A stretch of 64,000 nt of DNA, taken from contig JBFGLM010000014.1 of assembly GCA_041576165.1 (NCBI GenBank), forward strand, positions 26,577 through 90,576, written 5' to 3'. Below are positions 10,001 to 19,072 of this stretch, in pieces (position 1 is the first letter of the stretch; every line of letters starts with the position of its first letter). This stretch comes from Acidimicrobiia bacterium. Its GTDB lineage: Bacteria; Actinomycetota; Acidimicrobiia; Spongiisociales; Spongiisociaceae. The notes below the pieces were generated by a model. That model was given only the letters and a program-made list of their open reading frames with translations. It was not told the DNA's origin and ran no database searches. The position numbers and the translations under genes are program-made.

Positions 10001-10894
10001 ATGCCCGAGCTTCCCGACATCGTCGTTTACATCGAATCGATGGAGCGCCATTTCGGCGGTGACGTGCTCCACTCGGCCCGGGTACCCAGCATCTCCTTGC
10101 TGCGGACGTACGATCCGCCGCTCCATCAGATGGAGGGACGCCGGGTAGAGGGGTTTCGCCGCATCGGCAAGAGGATCGTCTGGGACATGGGCGATGAGTA
10201 TTTCATGGTTTTCCACCTCATGATCGCCGGGCGGTTCCGGTGGGCGAAGAAGGGTATGGCCGTGCCCAAGAAGGTGGGCCATGCAGCATTCGATTTCTCT
10301 CACGGAACCCTGGTCCTGACCGAGCAGGGAACCAAGAAGCGGGCCTCGTTGTATGTGGTCCGCGGCGAGGAAGCGCTGGCCGAGCACGACCGGGGCGGGT
10401 TAGAGCCGCTCGAGGCATCAATGGAGGAATTCACCCGCGCCATCACGCGTGAGAACCGGACGCTGAAGCGGGCACTCACCGACCAGCACATCTTCAGTGG
10501 CATCGGCAACGCCTTCTCCGATGAGATCCTCCACCGGGCGCGGCTGTCGCCGGTCAAACGGACCGCCAGCCTCACCGAGGCCGAGCTCGAACGGCTGCAC
10601 ACCGCCACCCGGGAGTCACTCATCGAGTGGACCGAGCTGCTGCGCGACCAGGTCGGGGATGGGTTCCCCGACAAGGTGACGGCATTTCGACCGGAGATGG
10701 CGGTGCACGGCAAGTACGGCGAACCATGCCCGGCATGTGGTGATCCGGTCCAGCGAATTGTCTATGCCGCGAACGAGACGAATTACTGCGCCACCTGCCA
10801 AACTGAAGGAAAGCTCCTGGCGGATCGGTCGCTGTCCCGGCTACTGAAGGGCGACTGGCCCAAGACCCTCGAGGAGCTCGAAGAACGAGCGTGA
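10001..10894 (+). CDS. Fpg/Nei family DNA glycosylase (MutM-like paralogue)
   Basis: N-terminal PELPD, RRIGKRI, HLMIAGR, H2TH SGIGNAFSDEIL, zinc finger CPAC..YCATCQ. Confidence 0.9.
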   Translation: MPELPDIVVYIESMERHFGGDVLHSARVPSISLLRTYDPPLHQMEGRRVEGFRRIGKRIVWDMGDEYFMVFHLMIAGRFRWAKKGMAVPKKVGHAAFDFSHGTLVLTEQGTKKRASLYVVRGEEALAEHDRGGLEPLEASMEEFTRAITRENRTLKRALTDQHIFSGIGNAFSDEILHRARLSPVKRTASLTEAELERLHTATRESLIEWTELLRDQVGDGFPDKVTAFRPEMAVHGKYGEPCPACGDPVQRIVYAANETNYCATCQTEGKLLADRSLSRLLKGDWPKTLEELEERA

Positions 10895-11058
10895 GCACGG
10901 CGCGTTTCCGACGGGCTCCACTTCTCGAGCCGGCCTGAATTCGGTCAGCGCTGCCGAGGGCGTCGCCGATAGACATATGAGAAATCTCCCCCACTGCCCG
11001 TTGAATCCGACGGTGTCGCGGCGTCTTCACCTCTGCAATCAACGCCAGGAGGTGCATC

Positions 11059-11598
11059 ATGGCTCGGAACATGCGGTGGATCATCACGCTCACGCTGGCG
11101 CTCGTGCTGGCGCTACCGTCGATCGCGTATGCCAGCCAGACCGCAGACGGTGATGGAGCCGAAGAAGATGCCGCGGTAGACCGGGAGGTCGATCATGCAA
11201 CCTATGAGGCTGCTGATCGCGTCTCGGACCGGGCATCAGATCATGCATCGGTCACCGACCACGCGAGCGACGCGGTCAGCGACCACGCACGGGATGTGGT
11301 CACCGACCCGGTAGCAGATCAGGTCGCAGATCGCGAGACCGATGCGGTCACGGATCGGGTAACAGATCAGGTCACGGACCGGGAAGCGGACCGGGTGACC
11401 GATCACGAACGCGACCGGGTCACCGACCACCGGCCCGATCGGCGGTGTGCCGACCACCGCGATGACCACGACCATCGAGGCTGCGATCACGACCACCCGA
11501 CGGATCGAGTCAACGTCCGCAAGCTCATCTACCGACTGATCCAGGCTCACGAGTGGCAGAAGTTGTTCCGGCTTCTCCACGCGCTCGGCCTCGTCTGA
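11059..11598 (+). CDS. Secreted low-complexity protein with (V/A)(T/S/A)D(R/H/Q) tetrapeptide repeats
   Basis: AGGAGG RBS, signal peptide ending AYA, repeat core, His/Cys-rich segment, amphipathic C-terminal helix. Confidence 0.8.
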   Translation: MARNMRWIITLTLALVLALPSIAYASQTADGDGAEEDAAVDREVDHATYEAADRVSDRASDHASVTDHASDAVSDHARDVVTDPVADQVADRETDAVTDRVTDQVTDREADRVTDHERDRVTDHRPDRRCADHRDDHDHRGCDHDHPTDRVNVRKLIYRLIQAHEWQKLFRLLHALGLV

Positions 11599-11607
11599 GA
11601 ATCGGAT

Positions 11608-12168
11608 TTGGGGGTACCCGGACGCGACCTCGACGAGTGGGCCGACGGAATCCGTCGGCGGTCTGAGGATGCGTTTCGGGCCGTGTACGCCGTGGTGGCG
11701 GACGACCTGGCGTCGTTCGCCACCGGCATGCTCCGGGACCGTCGGGCGGCTGAGGATGTTGTCCAGCAGGCGTTTCTCGAGCTCGTCTCCGCCGCGCCCA
11801 AGTTCCGGGGCGACGGGAGGGCGCTGCGGGCATGGCTCTTCAAGAGTGTGCGGTTTGGCTGCCTGGACGAGATACGGCGCCGCAGCCGCCGGCCGGAAAC
11901 GCCGACCGATGATCTGCCCGAGCAGGCAGTGGTTCCCCTGCCGGGGCGGGACGACCACCCCGAGCTGTATGCGGCGCTCGAGACGCTATCCGAGCGTCAG
12001 CGGGCTCTTGTGCTTCTCCGCCACGTTTCGGGCCTGTCGGGCGAGGAGATCGGCAAGGTCATGGGTATGAGGAGGCCGGCCGTATACGCCGCGCTGGCAC
12101 GGGCCGAACGGCGGCTGCGGGGGACGCTGGACGCCGGCTCCGACGAGATGCGAAGGGAAACAGCATGA
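11608..12168 (+). CDS. ECF sigma-70 factor
   Basis: AAEDVVQQAFLEL, LRAWLF, LETLSERQRALVLLRHVSGLSGEEIGKVMG; start uncertain. Confidence 0.9.
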   Translation: MGVPGRDLDEWADGIRRRSEDAFRAVYAVVADDLASFATGMLRDRRAAEDVVQQAFLELVSAAPKFRGDGRALRAWLFKSVRFGCLDEIRRRSRRPETPTDDLPEQAVVPLPGRDDHPELYAALETLSERQRALVLLRHVSGLSGEEIGKVMGMRRPAVYAALARAERRLRGTLDAGSDEMRRETA

Positions 12169-13004
12169 GCACTGACAGCTTTCCGGAGCTGAGCGTTCTC
12201 CGCCTTGCCCTGGCTCCGCAGACGCGCGACCGGCACCTTGCCGAGGTGGTTAGCGCCATCCGGTCGGCACCTCACCGTCGCTCCGGTTTCCGGTTGAGCT
12301 GGCGGCGCTGGGTGGCGTCGGCCGCAGCAGCAGGCGCTCTGCTCACACCCGCGGCCGCGATCGCCGCCGACGGCGCTCTACCGGGGGACGCTCTGTACCC
12401 GATCAAGCGTCTCCTGGAGCCGGTTGTGCGACTCGTCGACCGCGATGTGATTGCGGAGCACCGTGTCGAGGAGCTGGAAGTGCTCATCGCCAGGGACGGC
12501 TCTTCGGACATCGTCACCGATCTTCTGATCGACGCCCGGGCGGCGGTCGGAGCCGTCGACGTTCCTGAGCTGCGGGACCGCCTCGCCGCAATCGAGGAGG
12601 TGATCGATCAGCGGACGACCGATCGAATCCCCGCCAGCACCGACCGGCCGAGGGTCGATACGCCGCCGGTCGATCCGCCTGTTACTACTTCGGCCCCAGC
12701 CGACGCCGGTCACCCGACCGACGGTCACGCGCCGGCGCCCGCGCCCGACCTTGAGCACCGAGACAGTGTCGCTCCGCCCGAAGACAGTCCCCCCGCGGTA
12801 GATGCTCCGTCGGTCACGACCGCCGTCCTGCGCGATGGCACCACCCATCGCGACGGTCTTGGTGGCGAGGCGGCCGACGTCGACTCGGCGCCGGCTGAGC
12901 AGCCGGTGATCGATGAGCCGGCGCACGACGCGCCGCCGGAATCAGGCGATACGCGCGAGACCGATGCCCCCACGGTCGACGGGGAGGGCGACCGGGCACC
13001 ATGA
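12165..13004 (+). CDS. Putative anti-sigma factor, DUF5667-like domain plus Pro/Asp-rich tail
   Basis: ATGA overlap with sigma gene; hydrophobic segment followed by ALPGDALYPIKRLLE. Confidence 0.75.
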   Translation: MSTDSFPELSVLRLALAPQTRDRHLAEVVSAIRSAPHRRSGFRLSWRRWVASAAAAGALLTPAAAIAADGALPGDALYPIKRLLEPVVRLVDRDVIAEHRVEELEVLIARDGSSDIVTDLLIDARAAVGAVDVPELRDRLAAIEEVIDQRTTDRIPASTDRPRVDTPPVDPPVTTSAPADAGHPTDGHAPAPAPDLEHRDSVAPPEDSPPAVDAPSVTTAVLRDGTTHRDGLGGEAADVDSAPAEQPVIDEPAHDAPPESGDTRETDAPTVDGEGDRAP

Positions 13005-13009
13005 CGCGT

Positions 13010-13043
13010 CGAAGGGGTGCCCCGTCCCGGGGGCACCCCTTCG
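13010..13043. terminator. Bidirectional hairpin between convergent genes
   Basis: Perfect 14-bp stem CGAAGGGGTGCCCC/GGGGCACCCCTTCG with 6-nt loop. Confidence 0.75.
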
Positions 13044-13059
13044 GGAACTCCAGGACCGC

Positions 13060-13779
13060 CTACTTGTTCTTGCCCTTGCCCTTGCCGTTGCCGCCGGCGT
13101 TGGAGTGGGCGGGCGCCCCGCCGCCGGTTTCGCCGCCCTTGTCCTTCTTGCCCTTGACCTTTTCTTCAGTGCCGTCGGTGGCCGCTTCGGTCTCGTCGGT
13201 ACCTTCGGTGGTCGCCTCGAGATCATCGCCCCCGTTCTTTCCCATATCCGAGTGCGCGAATCCCCGAACCCAATGGCCGAAGGGTTCCTTCATGTCGTGT
13301 TTGAACGGCTTCATGGCGTGGACCATGTTCGACACAACCGACCCGTGCGTGATCTGGCCATTGGGGCCGGTCACGTCGACGACCAGGCATCCTTCCGGGA
13401 CCTCTTCCTCGGCCGGCTCTGCAACGGCGCCTGCCGCGTCGGCCCCGCCGTCGGGCAGCGGGAGGCACATCGTGGACTCAGCCGGGTCCTCGTCGGTCCC
13501 GCTCTCCTCAACGACTTCTTCGTCTGCGGCTTCCTCTTCCAGAGCGCCGCTGATGTCGACAATCAGGGTGCCGTCCGCCTCGTCGAAGGCGTACGGCAAA
13601 TCGCCGGCCGTCCCAAGCTCCCACGTCTCGTCGGCTTCCTCGCCGGCCTCGTCGCCTGCTTCGACCAACTCGGCTTCGCTGTCGGACACATCGTCCAGCA
13701 ACGCGAAGGCGGGGGCGGAGATGATGACACTGGCAATAGCCGACAAGGTCAGCGTGCGGCCGCGGATGATTCGAAGCAC
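13060..13779 (-). CDS. Secreted acidic low-complexity protein with THGSVVS motif and G/K/N-rich tail
   Basis: GGAGGAG RBS before GTG, signal peptide ending AFA, E/D-rich body, His-rich GQITHGSVVSNMVH..GHWVRGFAH. Confidence 0.8.
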   Translation of the reverse strand: MLRIIRGRTLTLSAIASVIISAPAFALLDDVSDSEAELVEAGDEAGEEADETWELGTAGDLPYAFDEADGTLIVDISGALEEEAADEEVVEESGTDEDPAESTMCLPLPDGGADAAGAVAEPAEEEVPEGCLVVDVTGPNGQITHGSVVSNMVHAMKPFKHDMKEPFGHWVRGFAHSDMGKNGGDDLEATTEGTDETEAATDGTEEKVKGKKDKGGETGGGAPAHSNAGGNGKGKGKNK

Positions 13780-13840
13780 AGGCTCCTCCGGTGTTCGTGG
13801 GAAGGACGTCCGTCACGGTTCCCTGGCGTGTTCATGGAAG

Positions 13841-13868
13841 TAAACGACGGATATCCGGTGGCGGGTAC
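13841..13868 (-). promoter_or_regulatory. Candidate ECF promoter for the 13779 gene
   Basis: Minus strand GTACCC-N16-CGTTTA, ECF-like spacing and CGT -10 core. Confidence 0.35.
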
Positions 13869-13894
13869 GGGCTGACAGCAAGAACCTCTTGTTA

Positions 13895-13912
13895 ATCGAA
13901 CATATGTTCGAT
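13895..13912. promoter_or_regulatory. LexA (SOS) box upstream of imuA
   Basis: Perfect palindrome ATCGAACATATGTTCGAT matching the actinobacterial TCGAAC-N4-GTTCGA consensus. Confidence 0.92.
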
Positions 13913-14635
13913 AGATTGGGTTCCCGGTTAGGAGTTGATGTGGTGTCGGGGTCATCGCTGGCAAACCTGCCCTGGGGATCAATCTGGCAGGGTACGGCCG
14001 GGGCAATAGCCACCGACCGTCAAACGGCTGTATCTGCTGAGACAGCCCGACTAGCCGCGCCTCCCGGCCGGATCATTTCCCTCGAAGGACCTACCGGGCT
14101 CGGGATGACTCGAATCGGCTTGGGGTTGCTGTCCCAACTGGCCGCACACCTCCCGGTCGCCGTCGTTGACGTCCGAGGATGGATCTGCCCACTGGCCGCG
14201 TGGGAGTTGGGTATACCCCCGGAACGGCTGGTGACCGTTCGATGTGATGACCCAATTCAATGGCCCAAGGCACTGGCCGCGCTGCTCGAAGGAATCGGTG
14301 GTGTATACGCCGAAGTTCCCCCAGGAGTTCCCGAACAAGCGCTCAGAAGGTTGTCGGCCTTGGCCCGCTCGCGGGAAGCCGCAGTGGTGCTGCGGCCTTT
14401 ACGGGGCAAGCTCCCAGCCGGTGTCTCCTTTCTCCGTTTGCAGCCAACTGGGGTGGTGTGGGAGGGACCTGAGGCCGGTCACGGCCGGCTGAAGGGACGA
14501 AACATCACCCTCGAAGCTTCAGGTAAGGGAGCCGCGGGGATGCAACGAGTGATCGAGATGGAGGACGATGGCACGAACCTTGTGCATTTGGTTTCCGGAA
14601 TGGCCTCTGCGCCGCCCCGACGCGCAGCCGGATGA
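13904..14635 (+). CDS. imuA: ImuA'-like RecA-fold mutasome accessory protein
   Basis: Degenerate P-loop ISLEGPTGLGMT, VAVVD, RRLSALARSREAAVVL; downstream of SOS box and overlapping imuB; start uncertain (ATG within the SOS box). Confidence 0.75.
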   Translation: MFDRLGSRLGVDVVSGSSLANLPWGSIWQGTAGAIATDRQTAVSAETARLAAPPGRIISLEGPTGLGMTRIGLGLLSQLAAHLPVAVVDVRGWICPLAAWELGIPPERLVTVRCDDPIQWPKALAALLEGIGGVYAEVPPGVPEQALRRLSALARSREAAVVLRPLRGKLPAGVSFLRLQPTGVVWEGPEAGHGRLKGRNITLEASGKGAAGMQRVIEMEDDGTNLVHLVSGMASAPPRRAAG

Positions 14636-16040
14636 GCCGTGCATCGTCACCGGTGAACGTGACGGCCGCCCCCAGGTGGTTGCCGCCAACCACCTGGCTC
14701 TCGCAGCCGGAGTCCTTCCGGGGATGGAGCGTCGTGAAGCCGAGTGTCTGATTCCGGCGGGAATCAGTCTGGATCGGGACCTCGCCCGAGAAACGCGCCA
14801 GTTCGAACCGGTTCTGGATGCAGTAGAGGACCTGATTCCGAGGGTCGAGGTGGTAGAGCCGGGGTGGTTGTTCATACCTGTAGCCGGGGCGGTGCGCTAT
14901 TTCGGGGGTGAAAGTCCGCTCATCGATCGTGTGGCAAAGGAGGTTGACGCGGTGGCCGGGCCGGGGGGTCGGTTTGGCGTGGCCGGTGGGCCCTTTGCCG
15001 CCTTTTGGGCAGCGCGGCAAGCCACCAGTTCAGATCCGGTCAACTTCGTCGGCGATGATGCGAGCTTCCTGGCCGGTCTCGATATTGCGGCGCTGGCTAC
15101 TGAAGATCTGGTAGCGACCTTCCGTTGGCTCGGCATAGAAACGCTCGGGGCGCTGGCACGTCTTCCCCGTCCGGCGATCGCCTCCCGGTTCGGTACACCG
15201 GGTTTGGTGGCGCACCGGTTGGCTAGCGGGGAGGATCGAAATCCGACACCTCGTGCCTTACCTCCCGAGTTGACCGTCGAGGATCACTATGAGGAGCCGT
15301 TGCAGCTTCTCGAGCAAGTCGGGTTTGCCGCCCGGTCCCTGGCGAACCGGCTTATGGAGACACTCCGGCCCCACGGCATCTCGCCGCATCGCGTATGTGT
15401 GGAAGCCGAAGCAGCCGACGGCACGCTTCGGGCGAGGATATGGCGAAGCGCCGACCCCTTCTCGGAAGCTTCGCTCAGCGAACGGGTCTGGTGGCAGCTC
15501 CGGGCTTGGATCGAGTCGGCCGGGGTCCCCGGCGGACTGGTACGTCTGCGGCTCGCGCCCGAAGACCTCTCCGGCGCCGGCCGGCAGATGGCGTTGTTTG
15601 AAAATGTGGCGGCCGAGATCGAGGCGGAGCGAGCGCTGGCCCGGGTGCAGGCAATCCTCGGTCCAGATGCGGTTCTCGAAGCGCGCCCCACCGGTGGGCG
15701 TAATCCACAAGACCGGGTGCGCTGGTACCGGTGGGGAGACGAGGAGCCGGCCATTGCTCCTGAGGCTCCCTGGCCGGGAAAGTTGCCCGCTCCGGCCCCG
15801 GCGCTGGTGCCTCCCGAACCGAAAGTACTCGAGGTGGAGTGGGAGGCGGGTATCCCCGAACGTGTGAGGCTCGCCAGTCGGTGGGAGCCCGTCTTGAATT
15901 GGGCGGGACCCTGGCGTCAGGTTGGAGCTTGGTGGCGTGGCGAAGATCCCGCCGACCATTACCAGATCGTCACATACGCCGGGGCAATGCTGTGTGCCGT
16001 TGTGGAGGGGACCGCGTATTTGGTCGGGGTCTACGACTGA
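14568..16040 (+). CDS. imuB: ImuB-like inactive Y-family polymerase
   Basis: RTLCIWFPEWP, VVAAN..ALAAGV.PGM..REA, FEPVLDAVE..IPRVEVVEPG, GPWR...WW, GVYD C-terminus. Confidence 0.88.
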   Translation: MARTLCIWFPEWPLRRPDAQPDEPCIVTGERDGRPQVVAANHLALAAGVLPGMERREAECLIPAGISLDRDLARETRQFEPVLDAVEDLIPRVEVVEPGWLFIPVAGAVRYFGGESPLIDRVAKEVDAVAGPGGRFGVAGGPFAAFWAARQATSSDPVNFVGDDASFLAGLDIAALATEDLVATFRWLGIETLGALARLPRPAIASRFGTPGLVAHRLASGEDRNPTPRALPPELTVEDHYEEPLQLLEQVGFAARSLANRLMETLRPHGISPHRVCVEAEAADGTLRARIWRSADPFSEASLSERVWWQLRAWIESAGVPGGLVRLRLAPEDLSGAGRQMALFENVAAEIEAERALARVQAILGPDAVLEARPTGGRNPQDRVRWYRWGDEEPAIAPEAPWPGKLPAPAPALVPPEPKVLEVEWEAGIPERVRLASRWEPVLNWAGPWRQVGAWWRGEDPADHYQIVTYAGAMLCAVVEGTAYLVGVYD

Positions 16041-16045
16041 CCTCG

Positions 16046-16777
16046 TCAGGAGTCGCTGGCTGCGTTCACCTTCGTTGAAATGATCGAGTGGACCCGATCA
16101 CGCAGTTCATCGATCTCCTTGCCCGTCAAGCCGGCCGTCTCGATGGGCGGATAGATCTCGACGTGGATGGGGCCCGGCCGAATCACCCGCGTGGTCGGAC
16201 GCCACACCTTCCGACTGCCGGTGATGGCGGTTGGCAAGATCGGGATGCCCATTGACGCCGCGATCGTGAATGCTCCCTTTTTGAATGGTCGCATGACACC
16301 GTCTCGCGGACGAGTCCCCTCGGGATAGACGATGAGCGAGCGGCCGAGATTGATTGCCTCTTTGGCCGAGCGGTTGATGTGGGCGTGGACTGAGCCTCCC
16401 GCCATCCGATCGACCTCTACGATCCCGATGGCACGCAGGGCGCTGCCGAAGATCGGGATGCGGAACAGCTCCTTTTTGGCGAGGTAACGAATCGGCAACG
16501 GGAACACGATGAAGTGCGAGAAGATGTCGAACGCCGACTGGTGATTGGAAACGATCACATATGAACGGGATGGATCGACGTTTTCCGTGCCGCTCACAGA
16601 CAGCGTGGCGCCGCTGAGCCGGAACCACTGCTGCGCCCACGACTTGGCGGCGGTCTCGATCCGAGGATCGTCCGCCCGGCGCACCGCGAGCAGCCAAACG
16701 AACGCGGCATACGCGGCAGTGGCCGGGATCATCACCGAGATCGTGAGCATGCTGCGCGCCAGACCCCGAATCCACAT
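16046..16777 (-). CDS. plsC: 1-acyl-sn-glycerol-3-phosphate acyltransferase family
   Basis: SNHQSAFD, AKKELF, VYPEGTR, PFKKGAF. Confidence 0.92.
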   Translation of the reverse strand: MWIRGLARSMLTISVMIPATAAYAAFVWLLAVRRADDPRIETAAKSWAQQWFRLSGATLSVSGTENVDPSRSYVIVSNHQSAFDIFSHFIVFPLPIRYLAKKELFRIPIFGSALRAIGIVEVDRMAGGSVHAHINRSAKEAINLGRSLIVYPEGTRPRDGVMRPFKKGAFTIAASMGIPILPTAITGSRKVWRPTTRVIRPGPIHVEIYPPIETAGLTGKEIDELRDRVHSIISTKVNAASDS

Positions 16778-16865
16778 AACCTCACGGTATCAGCCCGGCC
16801 GTGAGGTGACGGCCGTTGGATTCGTCAGCGGCGAGCTCGCTGGACGCGCCTCCGGCCCGTCACAC

Positions 16866-16920
16866 GGCGAACCTTCGGCTGGAGGGTGCCTTGAGGGCAC
16901 CCTCCAGCCTAAGGTTCGCC
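16866..16920. repeat. 55-bp near-perfect inverted repeat in divergent intergenic region
   Basis: GGCGAACCTTcGGCTGGAGGGTGCC-ttgag-GGCACCCTCCAGCCtAAGGTTCGCC (25-bp arms, one mismatch). Confidence 0.9.
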
Positions 16921-16925
16921 CCGTT

Positions 16926-18110
16926 TTGCGACTCACCAACGATCAGGCTGTGCGCGCTTTTCTCGCTGCGCAAGGGTTCAACGACCGGCCGCCAAATGGC
17001 GCGGTCACCGCGCGGCACTTCCGGCGCGTGGTCGACCGGGTGACGCTGCTTCAAATCGATTCAGTCAACGTTGTCACCCGGGCTCACTACGTTCCCCTGT
17101 TCGCGCGGCTAGGCCCATACGACCGGGACGACCTGGACCATCACATTTACGGGCGGCGGGCCATGTTCGAGTACTGGTGCCACGAACAGTCGTATGCACC
17201 CATCCACCTCTACCCGGCCATGATCACGAGAATGCGAGCCCTCGAAGCCAAGCCGTGGCGTCGGGTGCGGCGACTCCTCGAGGAGCAGCCGGGATATCTG
17301 GATCTCGTGCTCGAGGAAGTAGCCGCCCACGGTCCGATGTCGGCCCGCGAGCTCTCGGACCCCGGCACGCGAACGGGACCGTGGTGGGGTCACGGGAAGG
17401 GCAAGATCGCTTTGGATTATCTGTTCTCGGCCGGAAAGCTGGCGATCGCCCGGCGCATGAACTTCGAGCGGTTTTACGATCTGCCCGAACGGGTCATTCC
17501 TGCGAGCGTTCTCGCCCAGCCTGCCCTGAGCGAACGCGATGCTATGCGAGAACGCCTTCGCCACTCGATCAAGTCGCTGGCGGTCGCCACGGCCGCCGAC
17601 CTGTGTGACTACTTCCGGACCACTCAGAAAGAGGCAGGTCCCGTGATCGACGCCATGGTGGCAAAAGGTGAGCTGGTGCCGATCGAGGTGGAGGGATGGA
17701 ATCGGCCCGCTTACACCCATCCCCATCTGTCGATCCCCCGTTCGGTCGGGGGCCGTTCGCTGGTCGCCCCATTTGATTCAATGGTGTGGGACCGACGGCG
17801 CACAGAACGCCTATTCGGCTTTCACTACCGCATCGAGATCTACGTACCCGCCCCCCAGCGCAAGTATGGCTATTACGTGTTCCCGTTTCGCCTCGGGGAA
17901 CAGATCGTCGCCCGGGTGGACCTGAAGGCAGACCGGGCCGCAGGCGCGCTGCGTGTGCTCGGGGCTTTCAGCGAGGACGGATTGGATCGCAAACACGTCG
18001 CCCGCGAGCTGCGGGACGAGCTCGACCGGATCGCCGAGTGGCTCGCACTCGATCGGGTGGTGCTCGGCCGGCGGGGAGATCTGATGGCCGAACTCCGGGT
18101 GGCCTCGTGA
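16926..18110 (+). CDS. YcaQ-like (HTH_42) crosslink-repair DNA glycosylase
   Basis: AFLAAQGF, LLQIDSVNVVTRAHYVPLFARLG (QxD), FEYWCHE, LVAPFDSMVWDR, YRIEIYVP..RKYGYY; ORF-track start 16545 is over-extended. Confidence 0.9.
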   Translation: MRLTNDQAVRAFLAAQGFNDRPPNGAVTARHFRRVVDRVTLLQIDSVNVVTRAHYVPLFARLGPYDRDDLDHHIYGRRAMFEYWCHEQSYAPIHLYPAMITRMRALEAKPWRRVRRLLEEQPGYLDLVLEEVAAHGPMSARELSDPGTRTGPWWGHGKGKIALDYLFSAGKLAIARRMNFERFYDLPERVIPASVLAQPALSERDAMRERLRHSIKSLAVATAADLCDYFRTTQKEAGPVIDAMVAKGELVPIEVEGWNRPAYTHPHLSIPRSVGGRSLVAPFDSMVWDRRRTERLFGFHYRIEIYVPAPQRKYGYYVFPFRLGEQIVARVDLKADRAAGALRVLGAFSEDGLDRKHVARELRDELDRIAEWLALDRVVLGRRGDLMAELRVAS

Positions 18111-18727
18111 GTGGTCTTGACCATCGATCACCCAAGTCGGATTGGCGACAATGGGCCCGCGGGCTTCACCACCGCGGACTTGCCGACCGGGCCGGGCCCG
18201 GGATCCTGTCACACGCTGCCCGGTATCTGGAGCGGGTGGCTCCGACCACGGTGGTGTTGTTCGCAAACCTCCCGGATGAGGTCAGCGTTGATGGGCTGGC
18301 CGAGATAGAGCGTCACGATTTCGCCCTTACTCGCACGCCTCCGACCGGGTGGTTGACCATCCACCGGTGGACGGCACCGCGAGAAACGCACCCGTTCGGG
18401 TTCAGTCAACCGGTCGGACAGGCGCCCAAGGTACCTTTTGATCAGATCGGCGTTGTGGTCGTGCCGGCGCTGGCCTTCGATCGAAGCGGCGTCCGACTCG
18501 GACGGGGCGCCGGCTATTACGACGAGCTCTTTTCGCGCCTCCCGCAATCGGTGCTGCGGGTGGGGGTCACTCCGGCTGCGCTGGTGGTGGAGCGCCTACC
18601 CCGGGCGCCGCACGATGCAGTGGTGGACGTCCTCATCACCGAGGACGGGCTGATTGACACCTCACGTTGCGCTCCATCCGATGATCTTCTCAACCGAAAT
18701 CATGATGGCAGCGCCGAGCCGGACTGA
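18107..18727 (+). CDS. 5-formyltetrahydrofolate cyclo-ligase
   Basis: VVVPALAFDRSGVRLGRGAGYYD, PHD..VDVLITE; GTGA overlap with upstream gene. Confidence 0.9.
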   Translation: MSGLDHRSPKSDWRQWARGLHHRGLADRAGPGILSHAARYLERVAPTTVVLFANLPDEVSVDGLAEIERHDFALTRTPPTGWLTIHRWTAPRETHPFGFSQPVGQAPKVPFDQIGVVVVPALAFDRSGVRLGRGAGYYDELFSRLPQSVLRVGVTPAALVVERLPRAPHDAVVDVLITEDGLIDTSRCAPSDDLLNRNHDGSAEPD

Positions 18728-19072
18728 CGCATACTGCGGGTACTTCGCTCGGAGCGGGCGGACACATGCGTCATGACCGGGGTCGGTGGACTCCACCCGA
18801 CGGGCCGTCCCGTCGACCCGCACCCACCACAACGAGTCCCAATCCTCGGAATAGTGGTCGACGAGCACCGTCACGCGTGAGTCGTGGCGAAGGTTGACGA
18901 GGCGGCGTAATTCCGTAGTGCGCTTCGGTTTGTGGTCGACCGCGGTGATCAGCACGTCTCCGTCCCTAGCGAAGACGATCGGTACCAGATGCGGGCGGCC
19001 GTCAGAGCTGATGGTGGCCAGCACGGCCGATCTGGCGCCGTCAAGATGCGCGAGCGCTTCTGGACGGTTCAT
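18662..19072 (-). CDS. PPOX-class F420-dependent oxidoreductase (Rv0121-like)
   Basis: LATISSDGRPHLVPIVFA, AVDHKPK, VDHYSEDWDSLWWVRVDG, KYPQY. Confidence 0.88.
   Translation of the reverse strand: MNRPEALAHLDGARSAVLATISSDGRPHLVPIVFARDGDVLITAVDHKPKRTTELRRLVNLRHDSRVTVLVDHYSEDWDSLWWVRVDGTARRVESTDPGHDACVRPLRAKYPQYASVRLGAAIMISVEKIIGWSAT

Noticed and set aside
11002-11027. TGAATC-N14-CGTCTT as ECF promoter of the repeat protein
   Set aside because: Spacer is short for an ECF promoter and the -35 does not match the other candidates; kept only as a weak possibility
9600-11520. Short-period repeats as a possible CRISPR array or satellite
   Set aside because: In-frame low-complexity coding repeats (RD tail, TDR units); no constant repeat-spacer structure and no cas genes
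12913-13875. Plus-strand ORFs of 320 and 280 aa
   Set aside because: Antisense to the secreted acidic protein, which has the RBS, signal peptide and downstream terminator
16545-16925. Long N-terminal extensions in the ORF track (also 3622, 17786, 56254, 57354, 57685)
   Set aside because: They overlap neighbouring real genes; family motifs begin at the downstream starts used here
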